NCBI RefSeq assembly: GCF_003918875.1
Contig: NW_025766002.1
Location: forward strand, 7,254,001-7,318,000
DNA length: 64,000 nucleotides
From: Haliotis rubra
Taxonomy: Eukaryota
Direction of reading: 5' to 3'
The position numbers and the translations under genes were made by a program. The number at the start of each line of letters is the position of its first letter. Within the stretch, counting starts at the first letter, position 1. This document shows, piece by piece, positions 12,601 through 24,780 of this stretch. The notes below the pieces were generated by a model. It ran no database searches. It saw only the letters and a program-made list of their open reading frames with translations, and had not been told where the DNA came from.

Positions 12601-14052
12601 AACAATGGATCCCAATTTGCTGTTTCAACGATTCCTGGTGGTGTCAAGAACAGGGGATTTGGCATTTGAAGAAGTGCTGAAATATGAGTTAAGTCCATAC
12701 CCACCATCTCTGTTTGAGGACAATAAGATTATGAGAAAGGCAGACAAACCTCAACTAGCCGAAGCTGTCAATGATCACTGTAAAAAGATAGCAAGATGTG
12801 ATCACACATCAGATGTCATCCCACAGACTGAAAAGTATGTGCTAGATGGAGGCTCCTTGCTACACAAGCTAAAGTGGAACAACAGTGACACTTACGGGAA
12901 AATTGCCAAGGGATATGGAGATTTCACAACAAGGCACTATGGGATGGCAACTATTGTTTTTGATGGGTATGGGACTGGCCCTTCAATAAAGGATAACACA
13001 CACCAACGGCGGGGACAAAAAAACAGCTTCCGGACTGTTAACTTTACACATGAAACTGAATTTGAAGGGAAGAAGGAAGAGTTCCTATCCATAGACAAAA
13101 ACAAACAAGGTTTAATCAACTTGATAAGTGGGAAACTTAAGGAAGCTGGATGTAAAGTCATTCAGGCACATGGAGATGCAGATGTTGACATCGCAAAGAC
13201 TGCAGTAAACAGTGCAAAGACCCATTCTACCACACTGATCGGAGAGGACACTGACTTATTGATTCTTGTGCTGCATTACTGTATAGCAGGTGGGAATTCA
13301 CTCTATTTCAGATCAGACAATTCTTCAAAAGTCAGTCTGAAAGTGTACAACATCAACTGGATGAAGCAACTTCTTGGAAATAAGCTGTGCACCCAACTGT
13401 TATTTCTGCACTCATTTACAGGCTGTGATTCCACGTCTCGGATTTATGGCATTGGGAAAAAATCAGTGTTCCAGAAACTTGTCAAAGGTGATCAAGCCCT
13501 CCAGCTGTGTGCAGATACTTTCACTGCAAAAGAGGTAGAACAAGCAAAGATAGAGGAAACCGGTCGCCAGGCCATGGTGATCCTATTTGGTGGGAGAGAA
13601 GATGTTCCCTGGCTGCATTGCGTTACAGTGTATTCGCAAAGAAGGTTGTGGCTGCTAAATCTTTTGTTACACCTGAACGCCTTCCCCCAACGGAATCAGC
13701 CACCAAGTTTCACTGTCTGCGTGCCTATTATCAGGTCATGGTTTGGATGGACATGCAAACTAACCTCGATCCATTGCAATGGGGTTGGAAACTTGAAGAC
13801 AACCACTTTGTTCCCATCATGACATCACTAAATGCTGCTCCAGACAGTCTTATCAAGATCATACATTGTAACTGCACAACTAGTTGCAGTTCCGCACGCT
13901 GCAGCTGCAGAAAGAATGGACTTCAATGCACGACTGCCTGTGGACTGTGCCAAGTGACATGTTGTGACAATCCAGTCAATGAACCCTCAAAAGAAGTGGA
14001 GGATAGTGATGAGGACAATAATGACAATGATGAGGACAAAGATGAGGACTAA
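9640..14052 (+). CDS. Academ transposase polyprotein (~1,470 aa when joined): N-terminal C2HC-like motifs, DDE-type transposase, XPG/FEN1-like nuclease, C-terminal Cys-rich (CXC/Cys8) finger; five 1-nt frameshifts as assembled
   Basis: Joins ORFs 9631-11097, 11075-11464, 11469-12074, an unlisted segment (KKFQDGFHVIRRTNQFWAGLSSDLVIEQTLMRSIK), 12191-13822 and 13507-14052. Motifs: ACDNVD, VTFDQPL, LGTFH, SDLVIEQ; nuclease VLDGG..IVFDGY..GDAD..GEDTDLL..HSFTGCDSTS..GIGKK (H3TH); LPPT..WGW; CNCTTSC..CSC..CTTAC..C..CCDN. Confidence 0.85.
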
Positions 14053-14327
14053 ATAGTGTCCTTGGTAAAAACCTTGTTATGGAACATTATCCTAAAATTG
14101 TTTTTTTAGATGATATTCTTCTACTTAAAATGTATACCAATGGCAACATTCCTATGGATAATACTGACTTTCAGATTTCCACAAGTCAAATCCTACATAT
14201 TTTGTCACCAGTTGTTTGGTCATCCTTCAAAACCATAGATAACAACCAAAAACTATGCTTTGGACTCAATTATTGACAAAGGTATAGTGATTCTGGTGAT
14301 TGGAAAGTCCCAATGGCGGCCATCTTG

Positions 14328-14471
14328 GAAATACCCGTTTTTACCCATAATGCACGGTTGGATTTTGGTAGACTTTTTTTCTGTTATAAAGCATACCTGG
14401 TAGGAGACAACGTCACCAAGAAACCTTTTGTTATAATTTTTTTTAGGTTACCTGCCATATTCACCCGACTA
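14328..14471 (-). repeat. Right TIR of Academ element
   Basis: Reverse complement tagtcgggtgaatat...aaaaattataacaaaaggtttct...aacagaaaaaaagtctaccaaaatcc...tatttc. Confidence 0.92.
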
Positions 14472-15549
14472 TAGTATTTGGCCTTTAATGTACGTTCTAA
14501 GTTATGCAATACTTTGCTAATGTTTTAAGTTTACCGAGAGTTTTCCAGAAGTGTTACAGTTGCTGTCACAGTAAGGCGATCATGCCAATGAGATTGTCAT
14601 TTCAGTTCAATATTAGAATAATGGGTTTACATATTTCAATTATATGGAGAATCGAACCAGGGTTTGAGGTGTAACGAGGAAACCCGGTACCCACCGCCCC
14701 AGTCAGAAGGAAATATACCCTTACCTTGATGTCAGTCGTTTCTACGTGAAGGACAGCAGTAATGTGGAGATAGTTGCTATTTAAACACACTACTTAATTG
14801 ATTAATGAGAATAAAATGTCTTCTAAACATCACACGATTGCCAAATGTAGAGATAACCGCTCTTATAATACGTGCAATTATAAACAACTATCACAATTCT
14901 AGATATTAACTTGTACGAATTCACTCCAATATGTTTTGATATTGCGGACACCACAGCAAGTTATCCATGATAAGCATATGGAATGTGCGAAAAGTTAACT
15001 AATGAATATATGCATACATAATTTAATGATAAAACTGCAGCGTTTGCAAAGTAACACTGGATGAAGAGACCGTGAAGTTATAATTATACTCTTCCACCCC
15101 CCCAACCCCCAAGAAGAAGAATATATTGCGTTAGTTTAAGAGCAATTAGTTCATGTAATTTCGATGGTAAAAAAACAGGGGGGGGGGATTCACACGTCTA
15201 TAGACAAAGAGTTCTCCAACACAACACCAACACCTTTATTGTTGTGTTTCCGTTTACTTGAGTCCACAAGATGGCGTGTAAGTATTTCTTCAAACGCTTC
15301 TAAAACAAGCGAAAAAGTTAAAATTGCCGCGCTTTGGCTGTTTACAATCAAACATAGATGACGTTTTAAAAAGAAATAGTATACTTGTATTGTTTTTGCC
15401 GCAGCTACATGAGTCCAAGATTCTCAAAATCATCTATGCGTTTCTTTTTTTTAAGAGCGTAACTGTTAGATGCGATATGGAAGTACTTTATCACAAGTAT
15501 GAATACTGTAAATGTTTGTAGCTTAACGACTCGCTATTATCTATTTCCG

Positions 15550-15684
15550 CTGCGGTCGGGTAGCCTAATGGTTAAAGCGTTCGCTCGTCACGCCGAACAC
15601 ACGGGTTCGATTCCACACATGGGTACAATGTGCGAAACCCTTTTCTTCTGTTCGTCGTCATGAGTAAAACTAAACTCACTCACT
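15550..15684 (+). mobile_element. tRNA-derived SINE, family A (internally deleted)
   Basis: gggtagcctaatggttaaagcgttcgctcgtcacgccgaacacacgggttcgattcc...aaactcactcactc. Confidence 0.75.
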
Positions 15685-16395
15685 CTTCCATATTCCAGCT
15701 TCACGACGGCAGTCTGAAAATAATCGTGTCTGGACCTGACAATCCAATGATTGACATTATGAGTCTCAACAAAAAGGGTATTTTGTAAATGGTGGAGTTA
15801 AATTCAGTGGCATATGTTTTTGTTTTCATCATAAAGTCGACTTGGGTCACATTCCACACGGCCATTTTAGGTTACGACTGCGTCGAGGCCCAGGACGTTG
15901 ACATCAACATTAACATCCATGCTTGGAAAATTACTCTCATCTTATATATCATCAAAAACTGGAACACCTGTTTTAGCAGACCAGCCAAGCTAGGATTAAA
16001 CACAGGATTAACTACAGCTCTTCTCAGACATATAACTGTCACTTGCTTGGGCAGCTAGACGAGAGTTTGGGAGAATTCCTGTTGTGGTCCCATATGTTGA
16101 TGTTTCTGACGAGCGGCGCCCTGTTGATTCGCTATATGTTTCCGTGAAGGGTGTTTAGAATGTATTGACACACAGCTAATTATCGCTCATGTTAATGAGA
16201 GGGGACACATATTTCTTCAACGTACGTTACAGCGACAACTCTCTCCATTCATCGCGTATAATATATAAATATCACACGAAATATGTTCAGACTCTGTGAT
16301 CACATATATAAAATATAAAATGAATTTGAAATAAGTGTGGCAAACGTTTTCAGTAGTTACATTCTGTACCTGCTTCTTCATGTCGTCTAATGCAG

Positions 16396-17045
16396 TGAAA
16401 CTAGTGAATTGTCGGATTGTTTTGGCGTACGATACTGCAGCAAGACAATAAGTGCTTGCCGACACTCTGCGGAAGGGACTCACTCTCTATTTCAAGTGAG
16501 AGAGGATGGTTTTACGCCGTTTTCAACAATATCACGGTTTGGGGACGCCATAAAAGGGCTTCACACATTGAACCCGGGCCTTCAACGTGACGAACTAGCG
16601 CTTTAACCATTGGGCAACCCTTCCGCCCCTTACTGCATCAAGAGGTCCATCACATTCTGAATCTTACCAAGGCAAAACTGTTGATTTATTCGTTGTGTGC
16701 ATGTCCGTAGACACTTAAACATTGAAACATGGAAAGAAATAATTAAATTACACACATACACTACAACACACAACATAAAACACTCTCCATACATTGTGTT
16801 CCTCTGCTGCTTCTTCAGGCCGTTTAATGCCATAACTGACACACTCTGAAGCAATTTGACACCACACATAAACCTATGGGTCATGATGCGTATAGCAACA
16901 ATAGCATAGAATCATGTACACAAAATCATGTTTGGCCATTCAAATTTGGCGCATATTTATGAATAAAACATGCTTCTTTCAAGAGTAAAACATTTTCTTG
17001 CTGCAGTATCGTACGCCAAGACAGTCCGACAATTCAAAAGTTTCA
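16396..17045. repeat. 54-bp inverted repeat pair (16396-16449 / 16992-17045), MITE/foldback candidate containing a decayed family A SINE (~16495-16629)
   Basis: tgaaactagtgaattgtcggattgttttggcgtacgatactgcagcaagacaat versus reverse complement tgaaacttttgaattgtcggactgtcttggcgtacgatactgcagcaagaaaat. Confidence 0.7.
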
Positions 17046-17079
17046 TATGAACACTTCATTTGTCGAGATCAGGAGTGCT

Positions 17080-17123
17080 GAGTGAGTGAGTGAGTGAGTG
17101 AGTGAGTGAGTGAGTGAGTGAGT
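17080..17123. repeat. (GAGT)n microsatellite
   Basis: About 11 perfect units; same motif as the SINE tails. Confidence 0.95.
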
Positions 17124-17640
17124 TTGGTTCAATTCCGCTTTGAATGCTAGTATTACATCAGCATAGTCTAAGAGGAAAGTGATGCCGGTATTAGACATTT
17201 ACCTCTTTGATGCCACCCATGATCACAGGTACTGTGATGACAAACCTGGAAACATAATCGGCTCGAACTTGGATTCGAACCAATTATTGGACAGTCATAG
17301 GTTGACCAAGGGGCGCAACTCTGTACAGGGGCCAAACGTGCCCCAGAGTACGTGAATGGTTTGAAAATGTTTCCCTTATATTAGCTTGGTGTGAGAGATA
17401 CCCGGACAATAAGGAGTGGTATCATGGCTGCAGATTCACGGCGGCAGGAAACTAGTGTTGTAGGCAACTAACTAGCAACTAACTAAACTGACCACGCCAC
17501 AAAACCATTTCAACCCTGGTTCAGATAACATAAAACAGAGTCGGCATTGTTTGTGTTTGCTAATTTTGCAATCACTTTGCTTTATTTAAACACTTCGAAC
17601 AGGCAACATCCAGTCAAAAGTCGTCCATCGTACGAAGCCT

Positions 17641-20600
17641 CTATTTCGCTGTAAATAAAACAAACAAACAAACATCAAACGATGCCTGAAACACCTTGTA
17701 AATAAAGACGAATTACTTAATTTTCGATAGCACCCTGAATACACATACACACACGCACGCACGCACACACATAGATTTCTATCTAACTATGTTATATAAA
17801 TTGTGAACATAAGTGTTATTTTTAAAGAAAAATATAAGGTCGGTTTCGTACCAATTACAGGTGGAATGCAATAAATAATCACATCACATCAAGGGTTGGG
17901 GGTCAAAATAGACAGAAGCATGATGTCTACACATTATTCTTTTTGATGTGCCAAATGCTATGTTTTCCTCATTTGTGGATGAACAGATATTTAACGAGGA
18001 AAGTATTCAACCACCTTGTATAGTCAAGAGGCGTTCGAGATTTCAACACGCCTTTCGACCAGCATGAAATGTATAATAATTGCAGTGACGACTTGTATCA
18101 AAATTTACTTTAGTAAAGACAACCCAGTTGTTGAATTTCAAAATGTTGGCATTTACCTGGTTCGTAAGCTTCCTCTCCCATCCAGTTACCCCTGGAACAT
18201 GAAGTAAAATATTTTATGTCTTAGACGGGATTTTGTTGTTGTGACAGAATGTATCATTGAAGGGCACTGCACGTGAATACACCAAAGGCATGAAATAAAA
18301 GGAACTAATAATATGAATGTCGCTATTGTTTAGGAGGACGTTCACAATACAATGGCGTTGCATCTGAATGCAAGATCTAATATTTCACATCACACAACAC
18401 AGTGCGTATTACACGTTTAGAAAAGAATCCAAGTGTGTGTACTTCCACCATCGAAATCATGTCATCAGTTTCAATCTGAGGGTAGTACATGTATTCTGAT
18501 TATCAGACATTGACCATTTTTAATGAAAACATGATCTCGAGTTACATGACCCAGTCACTTTCTGTAGGCTGAAACGTTGAACTCACTATTTTGTCATGGT
18601 TACCCAATGAGTCGCTGCTTGCAAAACACCAACACTGGAATCTGTGGGTCGTGAATGACCACACACGGACAGGCAGATTAAAGTGTAAATACTTACCTGG
18701 GCTCATAGTAACACACCAGGAACCGTACGTCATTGTAACCTTGGAACTGAGACATATAGGGGCAGTTATTCATTGCACAGCCAAATTCCCGAGTATCCTC
18801 CCAGTTGACCTAGATGAGACATCCATTATTTAGACGTTGCACTGATAAGAATATCGAAAATGATAACGACAACGCCACGTTCAATATTGAGCATTTTGTT
18901 TTTAAATGACCATCAAGTAGTGATGATACCAACTGTAAGTAAAAAGGTGGGTAAATCCTGGTATCCGGGGTGAACACATGCAAAGGCAAGGTAATTATTC
19001 ACCTGAAAATAAGATCCACAGAGATACACAGGGCCAATCACTAAAGGGGTTTGAACTACAAGGTGGTGTCCAATCTGAAATATCCTCCATATTTCTATTG
19101 TTTACAAAACTATTCTGAAGCTTTTCATCGAACGACATGTGCACAAGAGTGGCATGACTCTCTTTGAACTCATCATGCAAAGAGCATGCGCCCTCGGACA
19201 TCAAGAGTTGTGACATCAATGACTGGAACTGGGATTCTGAGCAACAAAAAAGGGAATCCTGACCATTGAAATTTTGAACTCCCTCCTCTTTTTTGAAACA
19301 TTTTGTCAGCCTAAAATTTTATGCCTAGAACTAAATTCTAATTTCTAATGTGTTTCGAAACCTATCTTTCTTAAATTTAGTTTTTAAATTTTAAATTTTA
19401 AAAAGAAAACGAACGTCAATGAACCGACTTAGATGAAATGCATGTCCTGGTTGAGAAATAGCTGAATAACGTTGTTATTCGACGTATCCTCCACTTGTCA
19501 GTATTGGAGCACGTGTCCGACAGATAATGATTTTTATGCTCTACCCACGGTGTCACGATTACAGGTAATCATTCAGACAACACTTTGTTACCATTTGTGA
19601 CTCGGCATACTGGGTCTTTGAATAGGGGACAACAGGGAGACGGTTAAGGAAAGCCACGTGAAATATGAAGGCGCTTGATTTTGTTTCAGGGTGATAAAAA
19701 AGGTGAAGCGACTTCCACTTTGAGTGAGTGAGTGAGTATGGTTTTACTCCGCTTTTAGCAATATTCCAGCAATATCACAGCGGTGAACGACAGAAATGGG
19801 CTTCAAACATGTACCCATGTTGGGAATCCAACGCGGATCTTCGGCGCGACGAACGAACGCTTTATATTAACCACTACTTCCACTTTGAAGGCACATGATC
19901 CTAAATAGTTGGAACAAGATATTTAGTACGCATTTCACTGCAATATTTACACCATGTCAGATTTGTATTAGAAAACAGCTGCTGGAAGTCGATCATGGAA
20001 CATGGAAATACCTGATAAAATGTATCTATGAGGGGTCATTGTGTGAAACCAATGTTTTTGGTACAATGTCTGACATATGTCCGCCTCCGTGGTGTAGTTG
20101 TTAGAGCGTCCGCCCGGAGAGCGGAAGGTCGCGGGTTCGATGCCCGACCGCGTCATACCAAAAGACGTTAAAATATGGTACTTGTTGGTCCCTGCCTGGC
20201 GCTCGGCATTAATGGATACAACAAGGACTGGTCGGCTCGGAGTCAGTATAATGTGTCTGAGTGGGGTATTCATGCTTCACTGCGGCATGGTATCTCAGTG
20301 GGCTAGCGCTATAAAACCAGCTTAAGTCTGGGCTAGTACAAGCAGCCGCACATACACATACACACGCACGCACGTCGTCATATGAGCGAAATATTCTCAA
20401 GCACGACGTAAAACCCAATTTCACCTCACCTCACCTGACATATATTTTCAGGATCTGCTATTTGGAATTTGGCGAGAATATATACAGTGCAAAAGTATTC
20501 GCAATGTTTCAAGATACACTGATCGCATAACTATACTGACATCTGAAAATGGATAACTACGACGATCTAGAACGGCTTTGTACTGAGTCTGCCATACCGT

Positions 20601-21903
20601 GTGATGCTGTCTCATGCATATTAATGTCAACATGTGTATACCTCTTATTCGCACAACAAAATAAACAAACTATGCGTTGATAAACCAAAACGAAATGCTC
20701 TGAGAAAAATATATAAGTAGACATCTTTGTAAAACCTATACGATAAACATGAATGCATGTACCTTCAATCATCACAGATGTAGAAAGGGGTTGTAAGAAC
20801 CCAAAAAATCAATCTGAAATCTGTTTAGCCAGATTTGTGAACATCAGACAGTGTTTACACCAAGTGTTCACAAATAACTTAAAGTTACCTGTGAGTAATA
20901 GCAGCTCTGGGAAGGAGAGCATTGTCTGTCATTGTAGCGGAATGAGTCGACCCCGTTCCTCCAAGCGTTAAAGCCTCTATTCATGAACTCTTCCTCCGAT
21001 CGGGACGACTGCTCAATGTAGAGGTTCTCGCCGAAGTCAGGTCTTGATGAATATCTGAACTCACATCTGTTTGCATATCTCTGGGCTTCTCTTGCTAATT
21101 CTTCGTTCCATCTCTGCAACAAACAGTATTTAAGCTTAAGAAGCAATTTGATTTATCTACGAGACCAATGCCAATATGTCTAAATGCTTACAAGATTGTA
21201 GTTGGGCTTATAATTTCGTACAACAGTATACATTTGATAATTGACTTGAAATATAACAAATGCGAAAAGAATGCACAGCAAGTAATATGTTCTTGTATTG
21301 ACAAAATTAAAAAACTGCTATTTTGTTTGACAACATGTCTCCAAATGTTTCCGTTGTGGTAATTGGTACAGTTCATTAATTTCCTTTCAGGAAGTGCATG
21401 GAAATTCCATCTCATTGTTTAATGCAGACATTCAGTTTGTGTCTACTTAACATAAAGGGAACACTATAACCTCTTATCTCTCCGTCCAACACTCTGTTAG
21501 TTCAAGCAGCATCCACATNNNNNNNNNNNNNNNNNNNNNNNNNNNNNNNNNNNNNNNNNNNNNNNNNNNNNNNNNNNNNNNNNNNNNNNNNNNNNNNNNN
21601 NNNNNNNNNNNNNNNNNNNNNNNNNNNNNNNNNNNNNNNNNNNNNNNNNNNNNNNNNNNNNNNNNNNNNNNNNNNNNNNNNNNNNNNNNNNNNNNNNNNN
21701 NNNNNNNNNNNNNNNNNNNNNNAGTTTCAACTACTCACGAGAAAGGGATAGCTTTCCTCTCCGTACTCATTAGGGAACTCTCCCTCATCCATCATCTGGC
21801 GTCCCTCGTTGTGAAGTTGAAGCATGATGTTCTGATATTCTGGCATCATTACATTCGCCATGGAGACGCCCAAGACGCCCAGAAAAAGTACGGTCCACAT
21901 CAT
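17641..21903 (-). CDS. Secreted CAP (SCP/PR-1/CRISP-domain) protein, copy 1, 181 aa
   Basis: Exons 21903-21739, 21113-20889, 18809-18697, 18191-18157, 17648-17641, all GT-AG with compatible phases 0,0,2,1. MMWTVLFLGVLGVSMA signal; HNEGR; LRWNEELAREAQRYANRC; GENLY; CYYSQVNWEDTREFGCA; FLVCYYEPRGNW; ends EAYEPAK*. AATAAA at 17586-17581. Confidence 0.9.
19721..19875 (-). mobile_element. tRNA-derived SINE, family A, in CAP copy 1 intron
   Basis: (gagt)n tail plus gcttttagcaatattccagcaatatcac...; flanked on both sides by acttccactttga (candidate TSD). Confidence 0.8.
20079..20434 (+). mobile_element. Young tRNA-derived SINE, family C (Meta/MESC-like core), 9-bp TSD
   Basis: A/B boxes tggtgtagttgttagagc / gggttcgatgccc; core gtcataccaaaagacgttaaaatatggtac..ccctgcctggcgctcggcatta; (tcacc)n tail; TSD ctgacatat at 20070-20078 and 20435-20443; empty site in copy 2 near 34158. 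Confidence 0.85.
21519..21722. other. Assembly gap (N run) in CAP copy 1 intron
   Basis: Run of n. Confidence 1.
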
Positions 21904-23664
21904 TGTGATATTGGAAGATCTGTCAACGTCATAAAAATAGATTTCTTAACTTTTACTGTTCCTGTAATATTTGTAATTATCAGCTTTACGCGAACCCCTC
22001 CTCTCACTAATCTTTGCTACTGATATACACATGCTTATGCACTAATCGTAATCGGTTACATCTGTATATTTTATCTGACGTGAAACATTGAAATATGAAG
22101 TCCTCCATGGAGATAAACTGTTATCATTCTGTACCATAAACATCTCAGTATACAAGTATGTTGTATGCTCATTAAATATAACGTATCTATACAGATATTT
22201 ATGTAATGTAGGGATCTTTTTAGAAATACCAGGAAAACTCTTACTTACAATTTCATTTTGAAAACAAAATGAGTGTAGGCTATTCCGTGTGTAAAACCAT
22301 CATGCGTCCAAAATTATGTTATGAATAAAACTACACAAATTTATACACGTTTTCTATCATAATAATGCTCCAGGTAGGTACATATGAATCTCTACGCCCC
22401 AAAATAGTATAGACTGAAGTAATCATGCAAACGTTATATAAATGTACTTAATAAATTATAATCAGTGTTTTAGAATGCGAGAAAATAAAATTGTGTTAGC
22501 TGAAGGAAAGTAAGACGAAGCCATACAGTTATCAAGGCTGAAACTACTAGTGTTGGTTGCCTGGGTCTGTATACATATAAATGTCACAATATGAAACTGT
22601 ATATAGGAAATCAAAATATATATTGGAACTGGATATAAAAGTCACAAAACGAAACTGTACATAAGGAATCAAAATATATATTGGAACTGCATGTTTACAT
22701 AAATACAGATGTAAACAGTAAACACTGAATTAAACTGAATATTGAACAACCCTGCCTCTGATATCACTTTCCGCCTATTACGGCTTAGATTGAATGTTTC
22801 GTCAGAAGGTCCATTTCAACATTTCCAAACTATGTATATTAGTTATTGTATGAAAATCTTCAAACATATCCAGTTTGTATTTAGTGAAAAGATCAATCTT
22901 TGATAATTTATCTCCAAATGTCTAAATTGAAAGACAAAGGATTATTTCATTGTATGAAAAACTTGTATTCATGCGAATAGTCACACTATTTTTCTCGTTG
23001 TCTTGTACAAATCAGGAAACTACAGGAATTGACATTTTGGGACATGGCAGTCTGTCTTGTCATTTAATCTCTTAGCCGTCACATATTATTATTATCTATG
23101 GTTCTATGAGAAATATCATACATATGAAAATTGAATAAACAATAAAATACCAAAAATTGGAAACAGTGAGGTATTGTATTCTGTCATTTGTTATAATAAA
23201 ATTTCTGAAATGATTTGCCTCTGTAATGTCATACTTTTACTTTTACTGTTTTTGAAGGACGTTCAATCTATTGCTTACACAATTGGGCTACTTTTGCACT
23301 ACGTTAAATCATGAATTATTGAATTATTTAGAGAATATCCATTATATCAAACTGCACAAATGAATTTTGAGGTTGTCCCTGTTAAGTTAGTTTTACAAAA
23401 TTTGGAGCTCCCATCTCAACTGAACGAAAATGTTCAATTGTTACATTGCCCATAGGTAGGTGTATCAACCAGATTGATCTAAAAACGATTTACATATATT
23501 TACAATAAATTACCTCTGACGGTTATTTAGTACAGATGTCAATTGTTATGTTAGATAATTCTAATACTGTTAATATTTTGTGAGAGGGCTAAAAGTTGCC
23601 AAATATGTGCCCAGTCCCAATAAACAATGTCAAAATGAAAGTCGGACATCATACATGTTCTTAC

Positions 23665-23731
23665 CTCAAGGGAGCTGATTCCACTGTTTGAAGACTTGAG
23701 TGGGCCTGCCTGTTGAAGCCCTTCTTATATA
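23665..23731 (-). promoter_or_regulatory. TATA box and short non-coding leader exon of CAP copy 1
   Basis: Minus strand TATATAAG (23731-23724) ... CCCTTGAG|GTAAGA donor (exon end 23665); matching acceptor ttgacag| 16 nt before the ATG; spacing identical in four copies. Confidence 0.75.
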
Positions 23732-24591
23732 TTTGTGCCATTAATTAAAATGTATTCACGTCCTTTAACTATATACAGATATTACTGATAAACACTTGAT
23801 CATATTATGACATGCTTTGATATTTAGGGAGCTGATTATTATAATATTACGTATTAAGTGCATATATATCTTATCAGAGAGCATTACCGCCAATCACTTT
23901 CAGTGTTTAAATCATTATAGTGATGTTCAGTTAGTACATTGATCATTTCACAGAACTGTAAACATTATGGTATAATGAACTAATTTTGCGGTATCGAAAA
24001 AAATTAATCCTTCAAAGAGAATTTCGGACGAGCCTTGCACAATCTGTACTGGCTTGCCTCATCATCAGCAGGTTAGGGAAGAAATTAAAATTATTATTTC
24101 ATAATTAATCAGAATAACAATGTGATGTACATTCTAGAGAAAGCATGCTTGAAAACGGTATAAGCATCTATACCGAAACGTCGCAATTGTACAATAAAGA
24201 AGCTGACCATCCATAAACACTTGTCATCCTATTGCTTTCAACTTCTATAATGCCTCTCAAACAGTACTGTTTCAGAATGGAGCAGCATATGATACCCTGA
24301 TTCTCCATGTGATGGCTTGTGAAACAATCAAAGTCACCAAGCCTTATCACCTTATCCGTTTAGCTGTCTTACAACAAGCACATATCGCCTATTCTGATGT
24401 GGAATCGACAGAGGATATCCCCAAATACTACATACGATCAAACCATTGCTCAGAACACGTTGCAAAAGCAAGCACATTACACTCCGAGACTTGTTTAAGG
24501 CGCACCATTGCATTTTGGAGTGAACAAGATACAGAAAACCCCTTTTATGTGTCAACTGTTGCTTCATTTCAAACAGTTAGGGAATAAAGAC

Positions 24592-24780
24592 GAGTGAGTG
24601 AGTTTAATTTTACGCAGCAGACAATCCAGTGATCAACAGCTTCAGTATCGATCTATGCAAATGGGATACCCTGACATGTGTCAAACAAGTCAGCTTGCCT
24701 GACCACCCGATCCCGTTAGTCGCCTCTTATGACAAGTATGGGTTACTGAAGGCCAATTCTACCCCGGATCTTCACGGGTC
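24592..24780 (-). mobile_element. SINE-like repeat, family B (internally deleted)
   Basis: Reverse complement gacccgtgaagatccggggtagaattggccttcagtaaccc...gaggcgactaacggg; paralogous to 38431-38667. Confidence 0.75.

Larger units (their letters stand above)
8335..14471 (+). mobile_element. Full-length Academ (AcademX-type) DNA transposon
   Basis: Termini 5'-TAG...CTA-3'; ~150-bp imperfect TIRs; 3-bp TSD TAG (8332-8334 and 14472-14474); one long ORF with transposase-like, XPG-like and Cys-rich domains, which is the architecture described for AcademX. Confidence 0.88.

Noticed and set aside
18542-18833. ORF-track proteins MTYGSWCV.. (-) and ..YLPGLIVTHQEPY.. (+) repeated in each unit
   Set aside because: Alternative-frame and antisense readings of the real CAP exon (VNWEDTREFGCA...)
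18995-19250. Intronic frame SQFQSLMSQLLM.EGACSLH.. open in copies 1-3
   Set aside because: Ends differ between copies, the segment is deleted in copy 4, and the CAP exon chain is complete without it; conservation is explained by recent duplication
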